Of a stretch of DNA of 29,232 nt, positions 1-8,302 are shown piece after piece. Made by a program: the position numbers and the translations under genes. The DNA is taken from NCBI GenBank assembly GCA_031372065.1, contig JANMKN010000124.1, positions 1 through 29,232 on the forward strand, in the 5' to 3' direction. The first letter of the stretch is position 1; each line of letters begins with the position of its first letter. Source of the stretch: Abditibacteriaceae bacterium. GTDB lineage: Bacteria; Armatimonadota; Abditibacteriia; Abditibacteriales; Abditibacteriaceae. Below the pieces are notes generated by a model that made no database searches, was not told where the DNA came from, and saw only the letters and a program-made list of their open reading frames with translations.

Positions 1-2
1 AT

Positions 3-80
3 TTAAGCAGTGCGACTAACGCCACACTTTCCGATGGGCAAGGCCAAGGCACCATTCTCAACGATGATACATCGGGTTAA
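3..80 (+). CDS. 3' end of a Calx-beta domain protein (partial, runs off the left edge)
   Basis: Frame from nt 3 reads LSSATNATLSDGQGQGTILNDDTSG-stop (TAA 78-80), matching the Calx-beta C-termini at 8205 and 10516. Confidence 0.85.
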   Translation, partial: LSSATNATLSDGQGQGTILNDDTSG

Positions 81-94
81 GCGTTAAGACTAAC

Positions 95-138
95 AAAAAA
101 GCGGTGGTCGAAAAGAGAATTTCGACCACGGCTTTTTT
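95..138. terminator. Bidirectional intrinsic terminator
   Basis: Stem GTGGTCGAAA (104-113)/TTTCGACCAC (120-129) flanked by A6 and T6 tracts, between convergent genes. Confidence 0.85.
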
Positions 139-147
139 ACGGCATCG

Positions 148-1608
148 TTACAAAGTTACGATGCCGAGTGGCTGCTGTTCTTTCCAAGCGCCGCGCGTGA
201 AATCGGGCACAGCGACGGGCATACTGCCCAGCGCCACTGAACGCGACGATAATTGCACAATGCTGCTCCACAATGCCGCGTCGTAAACCGTTAAATCGGG
301 TGTCGCGCCGCGTCGCAGGCAGTCGAGCATTCGATAATTCAGCACGAAATCCATGCCGCCGTGACCGCCGCCTTTGGCGCGTTCCAAGAGGCCCTTCCAC
401 AGTGGATGCGTAAATTTATCGCGCATGATTTTCATGTCGTCATCGCCAAGCCATTCGTGCGAACCGGGCGATTTTAAGCCGTATTTTTTGGGGTCATCTA
501 CGGTCAAGCGCGCCGGATAATCCATGAAGGCGCCGCCTGTTCCCGACAGCATATTGATACGCGAATAAGGGCGAGGGCTGACAACATCGTGCTGCACCAT
601 GATGCTGCGGCCTTGCACGGTTTTTATCAGCGTGGTGTTCATATCGCCGCAATTATAAACCTCGTTTTTCTGCGCGCCGTTGTTGGGATTATGCTCGTCG
701 CGCCATTTGGTTAAACCGCGTTCGGGCGAACTGAGCGACACCAAATGCGAAAACGTATCGCCGCGCCCGATGCCCATATATTGCGCGACGGGGCCAAGGC
801 CATGCGTCGGATACAAGTTGCCGTCATACAATTTGTGATAATTGCGGCGCCATTCGCCTTCGCCACCCAAATCGAAAAGCAAGCCGCGCAAATCGTGAAT
901 ATAAGCGCATTCGCCGTGATTTAAATCGCCCAAAACGCCTTCGCGTGCCATGTTCAACACGAAAAGTTCGTTTTCGCCGTAGCAGCAATTTTCGAGAATT
1001 GCGCAATGGCGCTGTGTGCGCTCGCTGGTATCCACAAGGCGCCACGCATCTTCCATCGCAACGAAAGTTGGCACTTCCACAAAAGCGTGCTTGCCGCGCT
1101 CCATAGCGCGCAAAGCCATTGGCGTGTGCCACTCCCACGGCGTGGCGATATAGACCACATCAATGTCATCGCGGTCAACCATCTGCTCCCAGATATTTTC
1201 CGTGCCGCCATACACTTCGGGCCGTTTGGTGCGCTTGCCAATCGAATCGGCCAAGGCTTCAGCGCGGTTTTTTCGCCAATCGCAAACTGCTACCAATTCA
1301 GAAAACTCAATGTTCGCCGCATCATTGCCGTGTGTAGCGCCGCGATGACAGCCAATCAAGGCCACGCGCACTTTTTCCAGCGGTTTCGTGGTTAAATTAT
1401 GCACTGGCTTTTGCCCCGCCGGGCGCGGCGGTGTCGCACTAATTTGAGGGCCAAGCGTAATACCGCTCGGCAACGTGACGGATTTATTTTCGTCAGCGGG
1501 CGCGGCTTGCGCCGTCGCGGTTAAAGCGCCCAAACCGGCCACAGCCGAGGCTTTCAAAAAGTCGCGGCGCGAGGGGCCGGAAGATGGTTTTTCGTGTTTT
1601 GAAGTCAT
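148..1608 (-). CDS. Tat-exported Gfo/Idh/MocA oxidoreductase, GH109-type (alpha-N-acetylgalactosaminidase-like)
   Basis: SRRDFLK twin-arginine signal with AQA cleavage site; IATPWEWH, EVP, LENCCY, YPTHGLGP and GGHGGMD motifs typical of NAD+-dependent GH109. Confidence 0.88.
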   Translation of the reverse strand: MTSKHEKPSSGPSRRDFLKASAVAGLGALTATAQAAPADENKSVTLPSGITLGPQISATPPRPAGQKPVHNLTTKPLEKVRVALIGCHRGATHGNDAANIEFSELVAVCDWRKNRAEALADSIGKRTKRPEVYGGTENIWEQMVDRDDIDVVYIATPWEWHTPMALRAMERGKHAFVEVPTFVAMEDAWRLVDTSERTQRHCAILENCCYGENELFVLNMAREGVLGDLNHGECAYIHDLRGLLFDLGGEGEWRRNYHKLYDGNLYPTHGLGPVAQYMGIGRGDTFSHLVSLSSPERGLTKWRDEHNPNNGAQKNEVYNCGDMNTTLIKTVQGRSIMVQHDVVSPRPYSRINMLSGTGGAFMDYPARLTVDDPKKYGLKSPGSHEWLGDDDMKIMRDKFTHPLWKGLLERAKGGGHGGMDFVLNYRMLDCLRRGATPDLTVYDAALWSSIVQLSSRSVALGSMPVAVPDFTRGAWKEQQPLGIVTL

Positions 1609-1651
1609 GAAAGTTTTGAGGGGTTGTAGCTACGCGCGTTGCGCTCTGTAA

Positions 1652-2575
1652 TCACTCGATTCCCAAATCATCTTTCAATTGCTGCCACAAAGTTTCAGGC
1701 AATGGCGTTGTAGCGGCGTGCGCGTTTTGTTCGACTTCCTCAGGGCGCGAAGCACCGACTAAAAGAGTGCTAATGCGCGCTTCGCGCAGGGCAAATTGAA
1801 TCGCCAGATGCAAAGTGCTAACACCATTTTGAGTCGCCCAATCGCGCACTTCCTTAACGCGTTGTAAATCGGGCGAAGTGCCGTCGGCGCCATGTTCGCG
1901 CAATAAATCTTCCCACGGGCGATCCGTTAAATAGCCCATCAAAAGCGGCGAGCCGAGGATGATGGCTTTATCGTTTTTTATCGCCGCATCGAACAAATTT
2001 TCGCGCGCCGTTTGACGCACCAAATTGAAATCGGCGTAAGTGAGAATCGCATCAAATTCCTCGCGTTCAATGGCCGTTCGCAAAAATTCGTGTTGCCGCA
2101 CGCCCAAACCAATGCCGCGAATGACACCCTGCTCTTTCAATTCCAGCAGCACATCAAGTGCGCCATCGGAAGCCAGCGCTTGTTCAAAACCAATGGCATC
2201 GGGATCGTGAATTTGCATCAAATCCAAGTAGTCGGTGCCGAGCAAACGCAGCGATTTTTCGATGCTGCGCTGCGTGCCTTCACGCGAATAATCGTGCGGA
2301 CGCGTGCCGGTTCCCGTTTTGGTGGCGAGGAAATACGAATCGCGCGGCACGCCTTGCAGCGCAAGGCCCAAACGCGCTTCGCTTGCGCCATAAAGCGGGG
2401 ACGTGTCGAGATAATTGATGCCCAGTTCCAGTGCGCGCTGCACCGTAGCAATGGCAACCGCCTCCGACGTTTCGCGCCCATAAAGCTGCGAAGTCAATTC
2501 GGCGCCGCCCAAACCCAACTGGCTGACGCAGCAGTTCAAACGGCCCAAACGACGATGTGGCATTGTTGAAAACAT
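1652..2575 (-). CDS. Aldo/keto reductase
   Basis: LGLGG, DTSPLYG (catalytic D and Y), ATK, SLRLLGTDYLDLMQIHDP motifs. Confidence 0.92.
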   Translation of the reverse strand: MFSTMPHRRLGRLNCCVSQLGLGGAELTSQLYGRETSEAVAIATVQRALELGINYLDTSPLYGASEARLGLALQGVPRDSYFLATKTGTGTRPHDYSREGTQRSIEKSLRLLGTDYLDLMQIHDPDAIGFEQALASDGALDVLLELKEQGVIRGIGLGVRQHEFLRTAIEREEFDAILTYADFNLVRQTARENLFDAAIKNDKAIILGSPLLMGYLTDRPWEDLLREHGADGTSPDLQRVKEVRDWATQNGVSTLHLAIQFALREARISTLLVGASRPEEVEQNAHAATTPLPETLWQQLKDDLGIE

Positions 2576-2619
2576 AATGTTATTTTGTAGGAATACGGCC
2601 TACCTCGTCCGCTATGAAT

Positions 2620-4170
2620 TTATGCAATCGCGTCCGCCACGCGCACGCCGTCCATCGCGGCGGAAACGATGCCGCCCGCATAGCCGGCGCCTTCGCCGCA
2701 CGGATACAGGCCGCGAATTTCGATGTGCTGCAAAGTTTGCCCATCGCGCGGCACGCGCAGCGGCGAACTGGTGCGCGTTTCAACGCCGACGATAACCGCT
2801 TCTTCGCTGAGATAACCACGCATGGTTTTGGCGAAATTTCGCAGCCCGCTTTGCAAGCGACGGGCCAGCGCGGGCGGCAATAATTCGTGCAGCGGCGCCG
2901 AATTTAAACCCGGTTTATAGGAACACGCGGGCAAACTGCTGGAAACACGACTGGCAAGAAAATCCGTCACGCGCTGGCCGGGCGCTTTTTGCGCGCCACC
3001 ACCGGCCTCGCAGGCCATAACTTCGAGCGATTTTTGATAACGCAGGCCCGCTAAAACATCATCGCCAAAGGCTTTCCAATCGGCTGCTTCGATGCCAACA
3101 ACCATGCCGGAATTGGCAAAAGGCGAATCGCGGCGCGACAAACTCATGCCATTGACGACTACTTCATCGGGTGCGGTTGCCGCAGGCACAATCCAGCCGC
3201 CGGGACACATACAAAACGAAAAAACGCCGCGCTCTTCGACAGTGGCTGCCAAACGATAAGAAGCAGCGGGCAAACGGGCATCGCGCTCTTTCTGGCGGTA
3301 TTGAATCAGGTCAATCAGCGGTTGCGGATGCTCGATACGCACGCCCATCGCAAACGATTTCGCTTCTAATGCAATGGCGCGGGACTGACAAATCCCAAAA
3401 ATATCGCGCGCCGAATGGCCCGTTGCCAAAACCACGGCCTCGCCGCGCACTTCGCCGCCGTTTTGGGTCAGCGCGCCAATAATGTGCTTTTCGCCGCCGT
3501 TTTCTTCGATAAGAAAATCGGTCACACGCGTTTCAAAACGAATTTCGCCGCCCGCGTCGAGAATGCTGCGGCGCATAGCCTGCACCACTTTGGGCAATTT
3601 ATTCGAGCCGATGTGCGGATGCGCCTCTATGAGAATTTCCGGCGGCGCGCCGTGTGCTACAAGGGTTTTCAAAACGTCTTCGACGTTGCCGCGTTTGGTG
3701 GCGCGGGTGTAAAGTTTGCCGTCCGAATAAGTGCCCGCGCCGCCTTCGCCGAAACAATAATTACTTTGCGGGTTGACCACGCCCTGCCGATTGATCGCCG
3801 CCAAATCGCGCCGCCGCGCTTGCACATCTTTGCCGCGCTCCAAGATTATCGGCTTGATTCCCAATTCTATCAAGCGCAACGCGGCAAACATTCCTGCCGG
3901 GCCGCAGCCAATAATCACAACGCTGCGCCCTGCGCTAACAGGCCGATAATTCGGCTGATAAATTTCTTCTTCGGGCGCGGTTTCATCAATGTAAACCTCA
4001 ACTTGCAAGCGCACTTTGACAGTTTTGCCGCGCGCATCCAAGGAGCGCTTGCGCACGCGCAAAGCGACAATTTGCGTTTCTTCGACGCCTAATTGCTGCG
4101 CCGCCACACGGCGACGCATCGCCTCATCGTCGGCGTGATCCAAATCGAGAACCAATTCAAAAAGAGTCAT
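2620..4170 (-). CDS. Uncharacterised FAD-dependent dehydrogenase (COG2509-like)
   Basis: GCGPAG Rossmann motif, FGEGGAGTYSDGKL, SFCMCPGG, GVETRTSSP, GEGAGYAGGIVSAA. Confidence 0.9.
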   Translation of the reverse strand: MTLFELVLDLDHADDEAMRRRVAAQQLGVEETQIVALRVRKRSLDARGKTVKVRLQVEVYIDETAPEEEIYQPNYRPVSAGRSVVIIGCGPAGMFAALRLIELGIKPIILERGKDVQARRRDLAAINRQGVVNPQSNYCFGEGGAGTYSDGKLYTRATKRGNVEDVLKTLVAHGAPPEILIEAHPHIGSNKLPKVVQAMRRSILDAGGEIRFETRVTDFLIEENGGEKHIIGALTQNGGEVRGEAVVLATGHSARDIFGICQSRAIALEAKSFAMGVRIEHPQPLIDLIQYRQKERDARLPAASYRLAATVEERGVFSFCMCPGGWIVPAATAPDEVVVNGMSLSRRDSPFANSGMVVGIEAADWKAFGDDVLAGLRYQKSLEVMACEAGGGAQKAPGQRVTDFLASRVSSSLPACSYKPGLNSAPLHELLPPALARRLQSGLRNFAKTMRGYLSEEAVIVGVETRTSSPLRVPRDGQTLQHIEIRGLYPCGEGAGYAGGIVSAAMDGVRVADAIA

Positions 4171-4257
4171 TATCGAGAGGAATTTCCAATCAAAACCACA
4201 AAGTATTTTGGCAGACGCCGCGACTCTGCGCCGCTGCTCAATGACATGGATTCACAC

Positions 4258-4404
4258 CACAATAACTCTTTTTTTGCCCAAAATAACCTTGGTAGCATCG
4301 AAAATAACTCTGGTAGCATCGAAAATAACTCTGGTAGCACCGAAAATAACCTTCGTAGAGGCAAAAATAACTCTGGTAGCACCCAAAACAACTTTAGCAG
4401 CAGT
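4258..4404. repeat. Tandem array of about 7 degenerate 21-bp units (consensus GAAAATAACTCTGGTAGCAYC)
   Basis: Units start at 4258, 4279, 4300, 4321, 4342, 4363 and 4384; no spacers. Confidence 0.95.
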
Positions 4405-4444
4405 TCAAACAGGCGAGCCTTGTGTTTGCCCGAACTTATCTGAG

Positions 4445-4479
4445 AAAGAAGGCGCCAGAAAGGTTCAGACGCCTTCTTT
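4445..4479. terminator. Terminator-like hairpin beside the 21-bp array
   Basis: AAAGAAGGCG (4445-4454) / CGCCTTCTTT (4470-4479), a perfect 10-bp inverted repeat. Confidence 0.5.
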
Positions 4480-4578
4480 GCGGTTTTTCGTAATGTCTTA
4501 ATGAGAACGTAGAAATGAAAAATCACAAGCCCGCCACTATCGGGATACATTTGAGATTCCTGTGCATTGCATTTCGAC

Positions 4579-4639
4579 TATAATGGCAAGCACGTAATGG
4601 CTCTGATTTAAAATCCAAGGCTCTTACCTTTTTAAGGAG
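4579..4639 (+). promoter_or_regulatory. Putative -10 box and Shine-Dalgarno for the 4645 gene
   Basis: TATAAT at 4579-4584 with no good -35; AAGGAG at 4634-4639 before ATG 4645. Confidence 0.5.
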
Positions 4640-4644
4640 CCTTA

Positions 4645-7600
4645 ATGAACATTCTCAGGACGTTAAACGTTGAGCGCTGCGTTAGCCGCGCGATTTCTGT
4701 AGTTCGGCAGCGGTTTTCACCATCGCCAATCAAGCAATTGGCAATTGCACTGACCGTAGTCAGCATTCTCTTTCTAAGCGCGGGTTCGGCCCGCGCCTCA
4801 ACATTTTCCGGCTACGATGGGCTGGAATTCGACAATCAGGGCGTTTGCAGCTCCGTCGGCGGCGACCCGAATGACTTCGACAAACCGCATAACTGGGATT
4901 CGTCTCCCTGCGTTCACGACGGCACTGTTCCCAGCGGCGGCATAGCGACGATTCCGGCTGTCTTCGTGGCAGGGCGCGCTGTGATTTGCCATCGCGCACT
5001 CAGCCTCTCGACCTTAAACCTGCAAGGCGAATTGGACGACACGTCCACCGTCACCATCACGGGCGCTTTCAACTTCACCAGCGGCATTCTCAACGCGCCG
5101 CTTGCGATTCCCGTGGGCGCTACGATGACTATCAGCGGCGCCGACGAAAAAATTCACTACGGCAACACCAATAATCAAGGCACCGTTAAATGGAACGGGT
5201 CGAACCGCTTCATCAACGCCCCCGGTATCTTCACCAACACAGCCAGCGGCATCATTGATTTGCGCGCCGACGGGCCTTTCGGCGAAATCGCCACTCTCAA
5301 CAACTTTGGCACCATCAAAAAATCGGTCGGCTCCGGCACCAGCCAGTTGGGCGCCGACCTTTTCACCAACAAAGCGGGCGGCATCATCAGCGCGAGCAGC
5401 GGTGTCTTGGAATTCACCACCGGCGAAAGAGTCAACGGCGGCGGCGGCACCAACACCCAGTTGGATAGCGGCACCAACCTGACAACTTCGGGGACGGGCA
5501 AGGTGCTTTTGTCCAACGTGTGCAACCTGACCGGCACCATCAACGTGAGCGGCGCGCTTGTCATCAACATTGGGGGAACAGTCGGTGATGGCTTTGGTCA
5601 ACAGATTACCGGCGTGGCGACTTTCAAGAAAGTGGGCACCGGCAGCATCTCGTGGCAGGGCGGCGGCTTCAGACATGATGCGGGAGATGCGAACAAATTC
5701 ACCTTCGGCACCATCGGCGACGGTTTGGTGGTCACTATCGAAGGCCCAGCCGATAAAGTCGTTGGCAATTTAATCAATAACGGCATTATCAACTGGAAAA
5801 ACGGTGGCCGCTTGAATGGCTTTGGTTCCAGCGTCCTCACCAACAACGGCACCCTCGACATTCAGGGCGATGACCTGATCTATGACGCCGCCCTATTCAC
5901 CAACAACGGCACTGCGAAAAAGAGCGTCGGCACCGGGACAACCAACTTCAACCAGAAATGGACGAACAACGGCGCGGGAATCATTGACATGCAGAAAGGC
6001 ACGCTGGAAATCGGCGGTGGCCTCAACGACAACCCCAACATCTTTAACAGCGGCACCACGATTCAAGGTGCTGGGCGCCTTCTCCAGTCCGGCAGCACCA
6101 AGTTCATCGGCGCCATCAACGTCAAGGGCAATTTGGAATTGGGCGCTTTCCATAATCAATTTCAATTCTCGTCGTATAGCGGCACGCCCACTTTTAGCGG
6201 AACGGGCCTTGTGGATTGGACTTCGGGCAACTTTACAGGAACTGGCACTTTGGCGACCTTTGGCGCTGGTCTGGGCGTTACCATTGAAGGCGCGGGCGAT
6301 AAAGGCGGCGACGCGCCGATATTTAACAACACCATTATCAACTGGAAAGGCGGCGCCCCGGTGACCGCCAGCACCTTCAACAACAAGGGCACGTTCAACG
6401 TGATGAGCGCGAACACTTTTTATGGCACCTTCAAGAACACCGGCGCGCTGAACACGTTTCCCGGCGACACGGTTGTTTTCGCTAACACGCTGAGTAACAG
6501 CGGTGTCGTCAATGTTGGCGGAGCAGGCACCATCGGCACGCTTTACGCGCAGGAGTTCACGCAAACTGCGGCGGGCCAACTGAACATGGACATCGGCGGC
6601 GCGGCGGACGGCGCTTTTGATGTGCTGCAAGTAGTCGGCAGCCCCGCGACCTTTGCGGGCAAGCTCAATGCATTCTTGATAAATTCGTATGCGCCGCCTG
6701 TGGATGCCGCCTTCAAGGTTGCCACATTCGGCACGCGCAGCGGCAAATTCGCTTCGGTAGGCACCAGTGGCGGCGGCACGAAAACTCTTAGCGCCCTTTA
6801 CAACCCGAACGATCTTACGCTCACAACTCAGCAATTGAACCTTTCCCTTAGCGATGTGCGCGTCGTTGAAGGCAATTCGGGAGTTGTGAACGCAGTCTTT
6901 AACGTGACTCTTTCGCCAGCCTCTTCGCAAACCGTGACGGTTAATTACGCCACACAAAACGGCACAGCTACACAGCCCGCCGATTATGCCGTGACCAGCG
7001 CGACGCTCACCTTTGCGCCCGGCGAAACGACAAAAACCATCACAGTTCCGGTTAAAGGCGACTTGCTGGACGAAGACGATGAAACTTTCTTGGTCAACCT
7101 GTCGGGTGCAGCAGGCGCGCTGATTGCCAAAGCGCAAGGCATCGGCACCATAGCCGACGATGACGCCACGCCAAGTGTGGCTATCAACGACATTACGGTA
7201 ACCGAAGGCAGCGGCGGCATCAAAAACGCGGTCTTTACGGTCACGCTTTCAGCGCGCAGTGGGCGCAATGTTGGCATCACTTGTGTGACCGCCGATGGGA
7301 CAGCGCGCACGCCTGCGGATTACACGGCCAGTCGCGTCAATCTCACTTTCACGCCGGGCGAAACGGCTCTCACCAAAACTTTCAGCGTGCCTGTCATTAC
7401 CGACACTACGGATGAAGTCAACGAAGTGTTTTATGGTTTTCTGAGCCTGCCTGTGAATGTGGGCGTAGCCAAAGGGCGCGGCATTGCGACCATTAACGAT
7501 GACGACCTTTCTCCGAAAATTTCGATTGACGATGTGAGCATCGGCGAAGGCAACGGCGGCACCCGTTCGGCGGTCTTTCATCTCACGCTTTCCCAGAAAA

Positions 7601-8205
7601 GTGGCAAGGTCGTAACCGTCAATTTCTCCACTGCTGCGGGCACGATTTTTCCGGCCAAAACCGATAGCGATTATGTGGCTGTGGCGCCAACTCCGGTTTC
7701 CTTTAGCGCCGGGACAACAATAGCTCTGGTTCGCGTCTTGATTAACGGCGATGTGCTGGACGAAGAAAACGAAACCTTCAAGGTCAACTTGTCTTCGCCC
7801 GTTGAAGCCAGCATTTTGGACGGACAAGGCATTGGCACCATTCTCGACGACGATACATCGCCTTCGCTTTCTATTGACGACATCAGCGTCAGCGAAGGCG
7901 ATGCGGGCAGCAAGAATTTGGTGCTGACCGTGACGCAATCGGCCATTAGCGCCAAAACGGTGACAGTGAATTACGCGACTGCCGATGGCATCGCCAAAGC
8001 TGCCAGCGATTACACAGCCACTAATGGCACGCTAACCTTTGCGCCCGGCAGCGCGCTGACGCGCACCATTGTGATTCCCATCAGCGGCGATGTGCTGGCC
8101 GAAGCCGACGAAACCTTTTATGTCTTCTTGTCTGCCGCCACTAACGCCAGCATCGGCAAAGCGCGCGGCGTGGGCACCATCCTCAACGATGACGCATCGG
8201 GCTAA
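4645..8205 (+). CDS. Large secreted surface protein: autotransporter-passenger-like G/N/T-rich beta-helix plus four C-terminal Calx-beta domains
   Basis: Long signal peptide ending ARA; repeated IxGxxDK...NxGxINW segments; four SIxDVxVxEG...DY...E(T/V)F...TIxDDD units from about 6835 to the end. Confidence 0.85.
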   Translation: MNILRTLNVERCVSRAISVVRQRFSPSPIKQLAIALTVVSILFLSAGSARASTFSGYDGLEFDNQGVCSSVGGDPNDFDKPHNWDSSPCVHDGTVPSGGIATIPAVFVAGRAVICHRALSLSTLNLQGELDDTSTVTITGAFNFTSGILNAPLAIPVGATMTISGADEKIHYGNTNNQGTVKWNGSNRFINAPGIFTNTASGIIDLRADGPFGEIATLNNFGTIKKSVGSGTSQLGADLFTNKAGGIISASSGVLEFTTGERVNGGGGTNTQLDSGTNLTTSGTGKVLLSNVCNLTGTINVSGALVINIGGTVGDGFGQQITGVATFKKVGTGSISWQGGGFRHDAGDANKFTFGTIGDGLVVTIEGPADKVVGNLINNGIINWKNGGRLNGFGSSVLTNNGTLDIQGDDLIYDAALFTNNGTAKKSVGTGTTNFNQKWTNNGAGIIDMQKGTLEIGGGLNDNPNIFNSGTTIQGAGRLLQSGSTKFIGAINVKGNLELGAFHNQFQFSSYSGTPTFSGTGLVDWTSGNFTGTGTLATFGAGLGVTIEGAGDKGGDAPIFNNTIINWKGGAPVTASTFNNKGTFNVMSANTFYGTFKNTGALNTFPGDTVVFANTLSNSGVVNVGGAGTIGTLYAQEFTQTAAGQLNMDIGGAADGAFDVLQVVGSPATFAGKLNAFLINSYAPPVDAAFKVATFGTRSGKFASVGTSGGGTKTLSALYNPNDLTLTTQQLNLSLSDVRVVEGNSGVVNAVFNVTLSPASSQTVTVNYATQNGTATQPADYAVTSATLTFAPGETTKTITVPVKGDLLDEDDETFLVNLSGAAGALIAKAQGIGTIADDDATPSVAINDITVTEGSGGIKNAVFTVTLSARSGRNVGITCVTADGTARTPADYTASRVNLTFTPGETALTKTFSVPVITDTTDEVNEVFYGFLSLPVNVGVAKGRGIATINDDDLSPKISIDDVSIGEGNGGTRSAVFHLTLSQKSGKVVTVNFSTAAGTIFPAKTDSDYVAVAPTPVSFSAGTTIALVRVLINGDVLDEENETFKVNLSSPVEASILDGQGIGTILDDDTSPSLSIDDISVSEGDAGSKNLVLTVTQSAISAKTVTVNYATADGIAKAASDYTATNGTLTFAPGSALTRTIVIPISGDVLAEADETFYVFLSAATNASIGKARGVGTILNDDASG

Positions 8206-8224
8206 AACGGAAGCGTAAAACACG

Positions 8225-8259
8225 CAAAAGCGGCGACAGAATTTCTGTTGCCGCTTTTG
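8225..8259 (+). terminator. Intrinsic terminator
   Basis: CAAAAGCGGCGACAGA-att-TCTGTTGCCGCTTTTG hairpin 20 nt after the stop at 8205. Confidence 0.8.
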
Positions 8260-8302
8260 ATTTGTTGGCCGTGCTGTCTACAAACAAGGCACACTAAGGG
8301 CC

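Noticed and set aside
4219..4235. CGCGACTCT...GCGCCGCT shared with the reverse complement of 11248-11280 beside the second array
   Set aside because: Short GC-rich matches with different spacing and opposite orientation; compatible with chance.
5893..7137. 414-aa minus-strand ORF
   Set aside because: Antisense shadow of the biased-codon Calx-beta gene; no motifs.
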